A stretch of DNA of 63,990 bases, filler included, from an uncultured Myxococcia bacterium (GTDB lineage Bacteria > CAZTWC01): NCBI GenBank assembly GCA_964617105.1. It is 3 parts of 3 records of this genome, joined end to end, with 100 filler letters (N's around TTAATTAATTAA, not from the genome) between each part and the next. Parts side by side here need not be neighbours in the genome. Positions count along the whole stretch, not along the records: positions 1 to 27,303 come from CAZTWC010000014.1; positions 27,404 to 54,592 come from CAZTWC010000015.1; 1 more part is not named here. One strand, written 5' to 3'. Numbering within the stretch: position 1 is the stretch's first letter; each line of letters starts with the position of its first letter. Shown one piece after another: positions 22,607 through 32,296 of this stretch. The translations under genes were made by a program, and so were the position numbers. Under the pieces are notes generated by a model that was not told the origin of the DNA, did not search any database, and saw nothing but the letters and a program-made list of their open reading frames with translations.

Positions 22607-23605
22607 ATGTATCAAAATTGGCGTGATTTAATCAAACCCAAAGAAATGTTCATTGAAGAACAAAACAAAACCTATGGTAAGTTTATCTGTGAACCTTTAG
22701 AGCGCGGTTTTGGTCAAACTTTGGGCAATTCCATGCGCAGGATTTTACTGAGTTCTTTAATTGGCTCTGCTATCACTGCCATTAAAGTCGATGGAGTGCA
22801 GCACGAGTTTACCAATATTCCCGATATAACTGAAGATATAACCAATATTGTTTTAAATTTAAAAAAAGTACGCCTTAAGATGCATACCTTTGAGGACAAG
22901 TTGTTGTCCATTGATAAAGAGGGTGAGGGAGAGTTGTTAGCCGGGCATATTATCACAGATCCAGAAGTGGAGATTTTAAATCCTGATCTGCATATTGCTA
23001 CCATGGGAAAAGGGGCTAAAATCAAAATGGAGTTGCACTGTCAGAGAGGGCGTGGGTATTCACCGGCGGAACAAATTGCCGCCGATAGAGAGTTTCCAAT
23101 AGGCACAATTCCCATAGATGCAATATTTAACCCTATAAAAAAAGTCAGTTATACCGTCACCAATGCCAGGGTAAAACAGAAGACCGATTATGACAAATTA
23201 TCCCTTGAATTATGGACCGACGGAAGCCTGAAACCAGAACAGGCATTAGCCCTGGCTGGTAAAATATTAGATGAACACCTGTCTATTTTCACTGAACCCC
23301 TGAAAGAGGTAAAGGAACCGGAAATACTAGAAGAACCTAAAGAGGAAGAGGTTCCTTTTAATGAAAATCTTTTAAAGAATGTCAATGAGTTGGAGTTGTC
23401 GGTAAGATCTGCTAACTGTTTACAGAATGCAGAGATAAACCTTATTGGCGATCTGGTGCAAAAAACCGAGGCCGATATGTTGAAAACCAAGAATTTTGGC
23501 CGCAAATCTTTAAAAGAGATCAAAGAGATATTGTTGGAGATGGGGTTATCCCTGGGTATGAAACCGGATGGCTGGTCTTCCCATAAATCACCAAATGATA
23601 AATAA
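22607..23605 (+). CDS. rpoA: RNA polymerase alpha subunit
   Basis: EPLERGFG.TLGN..RR.LLSS, LELSVRSANCL, NFGRKSL. Confidence 0.98.
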   Translation: MYQNWRDLIKPKEMFIEEQNKTYGKFICEPLERGFGQTLGNSMRRILLSSLIGSAITAIKVDGVQHEFTNIPDITEDITNIVLNLKKVRLKMHTFEDKLLSIDKEGEGELLAGHIITDPEVEILNPDLHIATMGKGAKIKMELHCQRGRGYSPAEQIAADREFPIGTIPIDAIFNPIKKVSYTVTNARVKQKTDYDKLSLELWTDGSLKPEQALALAGKILDEHLSIFTEPLKEVKEPEILEEPKEEEVPFNENLLKNVNELELSVRSANCLQNAEINLIGDLVQKTEADMLKTKNFGRKSLKEIKEILLEMGLSLGMKPDGWSSHKSPNDK

Positions 23606-23641
23606 TCCGGAAATTCGGATAGATAGTAGGAGACACCTGGC

Positions 23642-24145
23642 ATGAGACATCAAAAGAGGGTTAGAAAGTTTAGTAGGACTTCTGCCCACCGCAAGAGCAT
23701 GTTTCGCAATTTAGTAACGTCTTTAATCAAACACGAGAAAATTATTTCGACCTCGGCAAAGGTAAAAGATTTAAGGCGGATTGCAGAAAAGTTGGTCACC
23801 TTAGCCAAAAAAGGCAGTATACATGCCAGGCGATTGGTAGCCAGAGATGTGCAAGACAAAGAAGCCCTGGACAAACTTTTTAGTCTATTGGCAACCAGAT
23901 ATCAGTCCAGATCAGGTGGTTATACCAGGATTACCAAGTATGGTCTTCGCCGAGGAGATGCTGCTCCACTTTCTATTATCGAGTTTATCGAAGAACAAAA
24001 GGGCAAAGGCCAAAAAAAGAAAAAGAAAAAAACTGCACCAGCCCAACCGGTAAAGACAGCGTCCCCCGAAGAATCTAGCCAGAAAGTTCAGCCTGCTAAA
24101 GAGCAAGAGGTAACGGATAGCAAAGAAGATAAAATCGAGGAGTAG
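23642..24145 (+). CDS. rplQ: 50S ribosomal protein L17 with about 50-aa low-complexity C-terminal tail
   Basis: MRH, R.SAHRK, GGYTRI, RRGDAAP. Confidence 0.96.
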   Translation: MRHQKRVRKFSRTSAHRKSMFRNLVTSLIKHEKIISTSAKVKDLRRIAEKLVTLAKKGSIHARRLVARDVQDKEALDKLFSLLATRYQSRSGGYTRITKYGLRRGDAAPLSIIEFIEEQKGKGQKKKKKKTAPAQPVKTASPEESSQKVQPAKEQEVTDSKEDKIEE

Positions 24146-24148
24146 AAA

Positions 24149-26506
24149 ACGCGGGATAAATCTGTTCAAACTCTTGCCTTTAATATCTATTTCAGCGGTC
24201 TAGTCCAGGGGGTGGGTTTTCGACCCTTCATATATAGATTGGCCGCAATCAATACCTTATCAGGCACGGTCAGAAACGATCACCATGGAGTGCATCTCTT
24301 TATTCAAGGTAGGTATGGCGAACTAATTTCCTTTTTTTCCTCTCTATCCAACTCTTTACCTCCGGCCTCAGTAATTGATAAAATTGAAGTAAAAAGAGCC
24401 GAGTTGCAATTTGACCAATTAGGCAACCTGGGTAATTTTAAAATATTAACCAGTAAAAGTGGTGGTTCCTCCAGACTGGTTATTCCTCCGGATTTAAATC
24501 CCTGTGCTGCTTGTCTGAATGAGATGGGAGATAAATTTGACCGGCGCTATAGATATCCTTTTATAAACTGCACCGACTGCGGTCCTCGTTTTAGTATTAT
24601 CCGATCTTTGCCTTATGACCGGCCGGTTACCTCCATGTCCGATTTTATCATGTGTCCCTCTTGCAATAGCGAATATAAAGACCCGAAAGATAGAAGATTT
24701 CATGCTCAGCCTACCGCCTGTCCAGATTGTGGTCCCCTATTAGAACTTGTGGATGGCACTACTGGTATGGTTTTAGAAGGTGACCCTCTGAAAAAGGGTA
24801 TCGATCTATTAGCCGAGGGAAAGGTATTGGCCATTAAAGGGGTGGGAGGTTTTCATCTCTGTTGTGACGCTACCAACCAGGTAACGCTAAAGAAGTTACG
24901 TCAAGTTAAAAATAGACCATATAAACCCCTGGCTGTTATGGTGTCCGATTTAGCGGCAGCCCAAAAGTTGTGTTATTTAAGCCGGGAAGAGAAAAAGGCG
25001 CTTGAATCAGCTGCCCGTCCTATTGTGCTGGCCAATAAATTTAGCCGGCGGCTTTATATGGAACTGTTAGCCCCTAACAATCACCGGTTGGGAGTTATGC
25101 TGCCCTCCTCTCCTTTACACCACCTGTTGCTGAATTCCTGGGCGGCAAGACATGGGTCAATGGCACCCCTGGTTATGACTAGTGGCAACCGGGCCGGGTC
25201 GCCTATCTGCATTACCAATATTGAGGCCAGGAAGCAGTTGGAACAGATTGCCGATTATTTTCTGCTCCACAACCGGGAAATTGTTAATCGGCAGGACGAT
25301 TCTATTGTAAAAGAGGCTCCGGCAGGTATGCAGATTTTACGGCGGGGGAGGGGCTATTCTCCGGGACATTTGATGATGACCGGTAATATAACCTCCACTA
25401 TCCTGGCAGTAGGGGCGCAAATGAAGTCATCTTTTGCCCTTTTGAGGGGCGAGGATATTTTTCTGTCTCAATATATAGGTGATTTCGATAATTCGGAGGT
25501 GGAGCACTTTTTCCGCCAGGCTTTGGAAAATTTAACCCAAATATTATCTATTGAGCCCTCTATGGTGGCTCACGATTTTCATGCCGATTTTCTATCTACC
25601 AGGTTGGCTGAAGAGTTAAATTTACCCATGGTTTCGGTGCAACATCACCATGCCCATATGGCATCTATAATGGCGGAAAATAATCTACCCGGTTTTAAGG
25701 AGGTATTGGGGCTGGTAATGGATGGCACCGGACTGGGATTGGACGGCCATATTTGGGGCTCTGAGTTTATTTTGGCCAGGGGGGCAGAGTTTAAACGAAT
25801 GGCCCATTTGGAATATTTTCCTTTGCCCGGAGGAGAGAGAGCGGTAAAATATCCCTGGCGGCAGGCTCTATCAATGTTAATTCATCATGGGGTTGAGCAG
25901 AAACTGTGGCCGCCCGGACTGTTGAAAGCAGCGCCAAAGATAGAGGTTGAGGCCGTTACCAGGATGCTGGCCGCGAAAATAAATTCTCCTCTGACCGCTG
26001 GTTTAGGCCGCTATTTTGATGTGGTGGCAGCACTTATAGGTTTTTACCGCCAGGTAAGTTACGAAGGAGAGGCGGCCTGTTGGCTGGAGTATATGGCTGG
26101 CAGTGATTTAACCGAATCGGGAGAGAAATACCGGTTAGGGTGGGACGAAAAGGGCCGGAAAATAATATCAAGCCGGGAGATGGTTAATGGTATTATAAAA
26201 GATCTTTATAATGGGGTTTCTCAACAAAAGATAGCCTGCCGCTTTCACCGTACCCTGGTGCATGGTTTAGTAGAGATAGTGGAGGAGATATCAACCCAAA
26301 GGGGGCATAAGTTTCCGGTGGCTCTTACTGGCGGCGCATTTCAGAATCGACACTTATTATACGGAGTTTATAATCGTTTGGAGAAACGGGGCTATAAAGT
26401 ATTGATAAATCGACAGGTGCCAGCCAATGACGGAGGTGTAGCTTTGGGGCAATTATATGTGGCAAGAGCCATTAAGCAACATGATAATATTCGCGGAAAA
26501 TTTTAG
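24149..26506 (+). CDS. hypF: [NiFe]-hydrogenase maturation carbamoyltransferase HypF (start uncertain, see findings)
   Basis: GLVQGVGFRPF acylphosphatase motif (begins upstream of GTG 24212), two CxxC..CxxC fingers, QHHHAH, DGTG.G.DG, PANDGG. Confidence 0.93.
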   Translation, partial: TRDKSVQTLAFNIYFSGLVQGVGFRPFIYRLAAINTLSGTVRNDHHGVHLFIQGRYGELISFFSSLSNSLPPASVIDKIEVKRAELQFDQLGNLGNFKILTSKSGGSSRLVIPPDLNPCAACLNEMGDKFDRRYRYPFINCTDCGPRFSIIRSLPYDRPVTSMSDFIMCPSCNSEYKDPKDRRFHAQPTACPDCGPLLELVDGTTGMVLEGDPLKKGIDLLAEGKVLAIKGVGGFHLCCDATNQVTLKKLRQVKNRPYKPLAVMVSDLAAAQKLCYLSREEKKALESAARPIVLANKFSRRLYMELLAPNNHRLGVMLPSSPLHHLLLNSWAARHGSMAPLVMTSGNRAGSPICITNIEARKQLEQIADYFLLHNREIVNRQDDSIVKEAPAGMQILRRGRGYSPGHLMMTGNITSTILAVGAQMKSSFALLRGEDIFLSQYIGDFDNSEVEHFFRQALENLTQILSIEPSMVAHDFHADFLSTRLAEELNLPMVSVQHHHAHMASIMAENNLPGFKEVLGLVMDGTGLGLDGHIWGSEFILARGAEFKRMAHLEYFPLPGGERAVKYPWRQALSMLIHHGVEQKLWPPGLLKAAPKIEVEAVTRMLAAKINSPLTAGLGRYFDVVAALIGFYRQVSYEGEAACWLEYMAGSDLTESGEKYRLGWDEKGRKIISSREMVNGIIKDLYNGVSQQKIACRFHRTLVHGLVEIVEEISTQRGHKFPVALTGGAFQNRHLLYGVYNRLEKRGYKVLINRQVPANDGGVALGQLYVARAIKQHDNIRGKF

Positions 26507-26537
26507 TAACAAATAATGTTGGAGGGAGGTTGTCAAA

Positions 26538-26771
26538 ATGTGTTTAGCCGTGCCTGGAAAAGTGGTGGCTCTGGATAGACAGCAGGGCCAGGTTAATTTT
26601 GGACAGATAAAAGCCAGGGTGCGATTCGACCTGGTGCCGGAAGTGAAACTGGAAGATTGGGTGATAGTTCACGCTGGTTATGCTATTGAGATACTATCTG
26701 ATACTGAGGCCAGGGATACTTTGGAGTTAATAGCAGAATTTCAGCAGTTGGGGGATGGAGATGGAAAATAG
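26538..26771 (+). CDS. hypC: Hydrogenase maturation chaperone HypC/HupF
   Basis: MCLAVPG, WVIVHAGYAI. Confidence 0.95.
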   Translation: MCLAVPGKVVALDRQQGQVNFGQIKARVRFDLVPEVKLEDWVIVHAGYAIEILSDTEARDTLELIAEFQQLGDGDGK

Positions 26772-27303
26772 TATTCGTACAGGTGAGATAGAGATTCTGC
26801 GGGAGCAAATCCAGCAGATATGTAATAGACTGGGCCGGCAGATAAATATTATGGAGGTGTGCGGCACTCACACCATGGCAATTTCCCGTTTTGGACTGCG
26901 GGGGTTGATGCCAGAAAATCTTCGCCTGATATCGGGACCGGGATGTCCGGTGTGTGTAACCTCATCGCGTTCCATTGGAGAATTGCTGGCTTTGGCTCAA
27001 TCGGAGCAGGTAACAGTTCTAACTTTTGGCGATCTTCTCCGGGTGCCGGGACAGGGGGGCAGCCTGGAATTGATTCGGGCTAAGGGGGCGAAAGTGAAGG
27101 TGCTATATTCCCCGGCAGAGAGTCTGGAAATGGCTGCAACTTTTCCAGGCAACCAATATCTTTTTGCTGGTATTGGTTTTGAAACCACGGCTCCTTTGTT
27201 TGCCGCCTTGCTTTTAGAGGCCAGGCGCCGCGGCTTGGAGAACTTATCTATCTTGCCTATGTTAAAATTGGTGCCGCCGGCCATGGAGGCGATTTGCCAA
27301 CTA
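26755..27303 (+). CDS. hypD: Hydrogenase maturation protein HypD, 3'-truncated by contig end
   Basis: MEVCGTHT, GPGCPVCVT, GFETTAP. Confidence 0.95.
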
Positions 27304-27403
27304 NNNNNNNNNNNNNNNNNNNNNNNNNNNNNNNNNNNNNNNNNNNNTTAATTAATTAANNNNNNNNNNNNNNNNNNNNNNNNNNNNNNNNNNNNNNNNN
27401 NNN
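27304..27403. other. Artificial contig-joining spacer
   Basis: N run + TTAATTAATTAA (27348-27359, stops in all six frames) + N run. Confidence 0.95.
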
Positions 27404-27459
27404 AAAGGGGTGTTTATCATTTGGTTATACCTGAACATCTGTCCCACTTTTTTATCAGG

Positions 27460-28084
27460 TTATATCTTTTCATAGTTTGAAAATATTTTAAGTAATAATT
27501 GTTCCCGGCCTATTTTTTTCAGGGTGGAAAATGGGATTATCTCCTCCATTTCGCACTTCAGGGTTTGAGCCAGGGTCTTTATTTGAAGGTGTCTCCGGTT
27601 TAGCGAGATTTTATCAATTTTTGTGGCTACTAAAACGGTTTTAAAGGGGCGCTCAAATAGCCAGTGGATATAATCTATTTCGTATCTCTCCGGTTTTCGC
27701 CGGGAATCGATAAGATGGACACCGACTTTTAACTGTTGCCGGTTTACCAGATAATCCTCTACCAGGGGCCCCCATTGGCGCTGCATTTTTTTCCCCACCC
27801 GGGCGTAACCAAAACCGGGCAAATCAACGAAAAAAGTGGTAAGGGTTTCCTGATCATGCAGATATTCCACCTCAAAATAGTTNNNNNNNNNNCCCCGGGG
27901 TTTTTGAAACAAAAGCCATTCTCCTCCGGTTGATTAAAGAATTCAACAATGATGACTTACCCACATTGGAGCGGCCAGAGAAAAAAATTTCATCCAAATC
28001 GGTTTTAGGCAGCAAACCTATTTTAGGACAACTGCAGATAAATTTTACATTTTTAATTTTTATTGCTTGAGTGGTTTTATTCAT
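27460..28084 (-). CDS. engB: Ribosome biogenesis GTPase YihA/EngB, interrupted by a 10-N gap (27883-27892)
   Basis: GRSNVGKSSLLN and SKTPG upstream of the gap; VDLPGFGY and TKIDK downstream; alternative TTG start 28093. Confidence 0.9.
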
Positions 28085-28089
28085 AGGTA

Positions 28090-28773
28090 TCAATCATTGT
28101 CACTTTTTGATTCCAACTCCCGGAAGGGGTGGAGAAATTCTGCCAAACGCTGGGGCTTTCTGGTTTGAACCCATAGTTTTCCCTGACCGGAGAATTCACA
28201 TACCAGCCCCTCTCCGGAGAATAACAAAGATATCAGGCTGCCAACGCTGCGTACCCGATAGGACAGGGTAGGCTCAAAAGCCACAATATGGCCGGTATCA
28301 ACCAGGTATTTGCCATCTATTTCCTTTTGGTGAACTGCACCATAAGTATTGAAAAAGAGAGTTCCTGATCCGGTCACCCGCAAAAGAAACAGGCCGTTTC
28401 CACCAAAGAAACCGCGAAATCCTTCCCATTTGGTATTCAGATCAATTCCAGGACTGCTGGCCAGGTAGGCTTTGGATTGCAGTAAAAGTGCGCCTTCTTT
28501 CATTTGATAGGGGACTATATCTCCCATGGTGGGAGGAGAGAATTTTATCTCTTGCTGATCTGCAGTAGCGGTATAGGTATTTTGAAAGATCGATTCTCCG
28601 CCAAACATTTTTCGTTTGAGAGAGGAAAAAACTCCCCCTTTGGCAGAGGTTTTGATTTTTATTGATTCTGACATCCCCACCATGGCGCCACTTTCAGAGA
28701 CAAAACTTTCGCCCTGCTCCAGATGGACAGTAATCAGGGAAAAATCGGGGGCAAAATCTATTTGGTGCTTCAT
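28090..28773 (-). CDS. TIGR00266 / AIM24-family protein (copy 3)
   Basis: ESGAMVGMS, GGESIF.N, VDTGHIVAFE, SGEGLVCEF.G.G. Confidence 0.85.
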   Translation of the reverse strand: MKHQIDFAPDFSLITVHLEQGESFVSESGAMVGMSESIKIKTSAKGGVFSSLKRKMFGGESIFQNTYTATADQQEIKFSPPTMGDIVPYQMKEGALLLQSKAYLASSPGIDLNTKWEGFRGFFGGNGLFLLRVTGSGTLFFNTYGAVHQKEIDGKYLVDTGHIVAFEPTLSYRVRSVGSLISLLFSGEGLVCEFSGQGKLWVQTRKPQRLAEFLHPFRELESKSDND

Positions 28774-29456
28774 TAATTTCTCCGTTCCGGCAAATCCGGT
28801 CCGATCAGACGACCGAACTCATTGGGATTGCGGGACTGAAACCACAATCGTCCCCGGCCTTGAAATTCACAAACCAGCCCCTCACCGGAAAAAAAGGTTG
28901 AAAACCATCCCCCTACCCTTTTCACCTTGAAGTCAAGGCTCTGTTCAAAGGCCACTATATGGCCGGTATCCAGGATAAACCGATCTTTCACTTCCAGACA
29001 GTGGATGGCGCCGAAAGCACTGAACAACACCGGCCCATCGCCAGTGAGCCTCAGCATAAATAAACCTTCTCCGCCTAAAAATGATTTCATGCCGCCCCAT
29101 TTGGTTTCCAGCCCTATATTGGGACCGCTGCCCAGCCAACTGCCAGCCTGGACAATGAGTGCATCTTCCTGTAGATGATGAAGAACAATGTCTCCGGCCA
29201 GGGTGGGAGCCAATAAAACTTCTCCGCTGCCTAACCTGGCAGTAAAGATGTTGTTAAAAAAGGATTCTCCTCCCAACATCCGGCCCAATCCCCGCAAAAT
29301 CCCTCCTTTACCGCCGATAGCGCTACTGGTAGTCTCTACCTCCAACTCTTTACTCATGCTAAGCATAGAGCCGTTTTGGGCGATAAAGTTTTCTTTTGGT
29401 TTCAGGCTTACCACTGCCACCGGGAAGGTTGGTTTGTATTCAACGGTGATATCCAT
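28773..29456 (-). CDS. TIGR00266 / AIM24-family protein (copy 2)
   Basis: GGESFFNN, GGEGLF, DTGHIVAFE, SGEGLVCEF.G.G. Confidence 0.85.
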   Translation of the reverse strand: MDITVEYKPTFPVAVVSLKPKENFIAQNGSMLSMSKELEVETTSSAIGGKGGILRGLGRMLGGESFFNNIFTARLGSGEVLLAPTLAGDIVLHHLQEDALIVQAGSWLGSGPNIGLETKWGGMKSFLGGEGLFMLRLTGDGPVLFSAFGAIHCLEVKDRFILDTGHIVAFEQSLDFKVKRVGGWFSTFFSGEGLVCEFQGRGRLWFQSRNPNEFGRLIGPDLPERRN

Positions 29457-29542
29457 CTATATCCTCAATGAGATTGTTTTACATCCTATAGAATTTTACA
29501 ATAACAGGTAACCGATTTCTCATATTCCCAACTCGCAATTTA

Positions 29543-30235
29543 TTATCTAGGCAGTAGAGGTGTCACCCAATTTACTATTGAATTTAAGTTGTGAGTTTGA
29601 ATATACAATTTGCCGTTGCCGCTAAATTCGGTTACCAGTCCTTCACCGGAGAGCAAAGTGGATTTTAGTCCGCCTATTGTTTTTACCCGAAAGTTCACCC
29701 CGCTGTCAAAAGCAACAATATGGCCCGAATCTACAATGTACTTTTTCTTTATCTCTATCTCCTGGATAGCGCCGTAACTGTTTAGCCATATCTCCCCTTT
29801 GCCAAAAGCCTGGAGGAGAAAAAGTCCTTCGCCTCCAAAAAATGTTCGTAGTCCTCCCCATTTGGTCTTTAGAGTTATTCCCGGTGAACAGGCCAGAAAA
29901 GAGGAGCGCTGGATGAATATCTCCTGATTATCCAGTTGTTTTGTAATAATATCTCCGGGTAGAGGTGGTGCTATAAAGATACAGCCTTGCTCAGAGATGG
30001 TCTGGTAGGTGTTTAAAAAAATAGATTCTCCCCCAAGAAATTTACGCAGCAAAGCCCCAAAAAAGGCCAACAGCCGTCCTAAAAAACCTTTTCCAGTTCC
30101 GCCAATAGAGGTTTTTATCTCCAGGTTGGGACTCATTCCTACCATTGAACCACTCTCCACCACCAGGGAATCTCCAGGTTTAAGGATTATTTCAGCCATG
30201 GCATAGGCTGGTGAGTAGTGTATTTGGTGTTCCAT
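29543..30235 (-). CDS. TIGR00266 / AIM24-family protein (copy 1)
   Basis: ESGSMVGMS, GGESIF.N, GGEGLF, VDSGHIVAFD, SGEGLV. Confidence 0.85.
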   Translation of the reverse strand: MEHQIHYSPAYAMAEIILKPGDSLVVESGSMVGMSPNLEIKTSIGGTGKGFLGRLLAFFGALLRKFLGGESIFLNTYQTISEQGCIFIAPPLPGDIITKQLDNQEIFIQRSSFLACSPGITLKTKWGGLRTFFGGEGLFLLQAFGKGEIWLNSYGAIQEIEIKKKYIVDSGHIVAFDSGVNFRVKTIGGLKSTLLSGEGLVTEFSGNGKLYIQTHNLNSIVNWVTPLLPR

Positions 30236-30238
30236 TGC

Positions 30239-30703
30239 CTATTCTTTATCATCATCGAGGTGGTAATATTCATTCCGGTCAATTTCTATAGTGGTTCGGT
30301 CATCTTTTATGGTGGAATTATCTTTCACCACGGTTTTGCTGTCTATCCACTTCTGTATTTTTGCCCGTAGAAATTGTTTAACCATAAATCGACTCGGGGG
30401 GAAGAGCAGGAGAAAGCCAAACAGATCGGTAATAACTCCAGGAGTTAACAGAACTGCCCCGGCAATAAAGATTAGCAGCCCATCTAAAAGGTGTTCTGCC
30501 GGGTATTCACCTCTTCTCACGGTTTGCTGCAATCGTTCAAGCACCTGCAAACCCTGTTGGCGGGCTAGAAAAGCCCCCATAAATCCGGTAAACAGGATTA
30601 GCAAAATCGTAGCTTTGAGTCCAATAATCCGTCCCACTTCAATTAGCAGAGCCAATTCAGTTATTGGGATCAGAGTAAAAATTAAAAAAAGTTTAATAAA
30701 CAT
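30239..30703 (-). CDS. fxsA: FxsA family membrane protein
   Basis: P..ELALLIEVG..IG, ARQQG, LLLTPG.ITD.FG-type motif (VLLTPGVITDLFG). Confidence 0.88.
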   Translation of the reverse strand: MFIKLFLIFTLIPITELALLIEVGRIIGLKATILLILFTGFMGAFLARQQGLQVLERLQQTVRRGEYPAEHLLDGLLIFIAGAVLLTPGVITDLFGFLLLFPPSRFMVKQFLRAKIQKWIDSKTVVKDNSTIKDDRTTIEIDRNEYYHLDDDKE

Positions 30704-30864
30704 AGGTATTCTCAGTTTTGATGATACAGTTTCCGTAAGAGAAGTCACTTGGTTGCGAGAATTGCCTCGGCCTCGGCCTCGGACTGGAAACTAAATTATA
30801 ATACATTAATAAACCATATTTTATGGCAAGGGTCAATTCACATCTATGAAATTTATTTCCTTTC

Positions 30865-30893
30865 TTGACGAAAAATCCGAAGTTGGATACCAT
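30865..30893 (+). promoter_or_regulatory. Putative sigma70 promoter of dedA
   Basis: TTGACG (30865-30870), 17 nt spacer, TACCAT (30888-30893). Confidence 0.4.
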
Positions 30894-30971
30894 AATTTGA
30901 TCCTTAACCTTGGTCAGCAGTTAATTTGAGTTTTCACCAACCACTCTATGGAGTAATTTAAACGGTATAAT

Positions 30972-31607
30972 ATGGACTATCTCGCTCCAGCCATTCAATA
31001 CGCCGGAGATCACCCTTATCTGGTGGTTCTTTTTGGTTTTTTTCTACTCTTTTTCGCCGCTCCTCTTCCAGAGGAAGTGATCTTGTTTACTGGTGCTTAT
31101 TTGGCAGCCAAAGGCGGCGATAACTTGTGGATACCCACCCTGATCAGTGGGATTGCCGGAGTGGTAATTACCGATTATTGGTACTATTTTGTGGCCAGGC
31201 GTTTCGGCCGCCGGCTGCTCGATTTTCGATTTATCCAGAAACTTTTTCCCAAGAAGAAGCAAAATTTTGCCTTTAACTTTGTGCGTCGTTTTGGGGTTAA
31301 GGCGGTTTTTTTCATCCGGTTTGTTCCCGGCGGTTTTAGAAATGCGGTATTTATGATTTGTGGTCTTTCCAATATCAAGCCCAAACCATTTATCGCTGCC
31401 TCTCTCTCGGCCGCCTGCATCACTACCCACGTTAGTTTTTGGGCCGGATACTATCTCTCTAGCACCTTGCCTCCCATAGAGGAGTTATTGAGATCCATAG
31501 AACGTAAAGTATATCTTTTTATCGTAATAATGGTTTTGCTGGCTATTACGGTTTATTTAATCAAAAAATATCTGTTACCCAGACTAGGAGTTGGAGGAAA
31601 CAACTGA
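30972..31607 (+). CDS. DedA/SNARE-associated family membrane protein
   Basis: PLPEEVIL..G, D..YY..R..G, RFVPG.R motifs. Confidence 0.85.
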   Translation: MDYLAPAIQYAGDHPYLVVLFGFFLLFFAAPLPEEVILFTGAYLAAKGGDNLWIPTLISGIAGVVITDYWYYFVARRFGRRLLDFRFIQKLFPKKKQNFAFNFVRRFGVKAVFFIRFVPGGFRNAVFMICGLSNIKPKPFIAASLSAACITTHVSFWAGYYLSSTLPPIEELLRSIERKVYLFIVIMVLLAITVYLIKKYLLPRLGVGGNN

Positions 31608-32296
31608 TGATTCATTACCGGTTTGAATTTCCCGATGGAACAAAAAGTGAATTTTCTGTTGATGAGAACAAATTTTCATCTGATCAGGTTAAACTGGAAG
31701 GGGAAAAATATCCTGCCTGGCTTCAGATAAAACTTTTCCGGTGCAAAATTTGCCCTCTGCCGGTGCAGAGCAAGGGGCCCTGTCCTGCGGCCCTGTCGAT
31801 CAAACCGGTAGTTGAAACCTTTGCAGATAGAATATCCTATGAAGAGGTAAAAACCATAGTAGAGATCAACCAGGTCAAAATGGAATCTGACATCGCCATG
31901 CAGAATACAGTCCGTTCCCTGGTAGGACTTTTAATGGCTCTCTCCGCTTGTCCTATCATGGAAAAGTTGCGTCCCCTGGCCCTTTATCATCTCCCCTTTA
32001 GCGATCGGAACCAGACCATATTTCGGGTATTGGGAATGTATCTTACCTCTCAGTATGTCCGCCAAGCCAGCGGTTTAGAGCCGGATTGGAAAATGGAGGG
32101 GCTAAACAAATTGTACCAGCAAATAAGTCTGCTAAATGGAAAGATGGCGGAGCGGATACGGGCAGCGGTCAAAATGGACGCCACCATAAACAGTTTAATT
32201 GTTCTAGACGCCTTTGCCATGGGAGTAACCATGGGTTTTGAAGAGAGTTTCGAAGAGATAAAAGATTTGTTTTATATGTATCTCAAGAATACATAG
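31607..32296 (+). CDS. Conserved hypothetical protein (DUF6901-like, Cys cluster)
   Basis: C..CPL..CPAA, LMALSACP..KLRP.A..HLPF, PDW..GL..LY pattern recalled from deltaproteobacterial DUF6901 proteins; coupled to dedA. Confidence 0.6.
   Translation: MIHYRFEFPDGTKSEFSVDENKFSSDQVKLEGEKYPAWLQIKLFRCKICPLPVQSKGPCPAALSIKPVVETFADRISYEEVKTIVEINQVKMESDIAMQNTVRSLVGLLMALSACPIMEKLRPLALYHLPFSDRNQTIFRVLGMYLTSQYVRQASGLEPDWKMEGLNKLYQQISLLNGKMAERIRAAVKMDATINSLIVLDAFAMGVTMGFEESFEEIKDLFYMYLKNT

Noticed and set aside
27304-27403. TTAATTAATTAA palindrome inside an N run (also 54593-54692)
   Set aside because: Artificial six-frame-stop linker joining contigs; gene adjacency across it is not biological
27872-27912. 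Apparent frameshift or split of engB
   Set aside because: The break coincides with a 10-N assembly gap of arbitrary length
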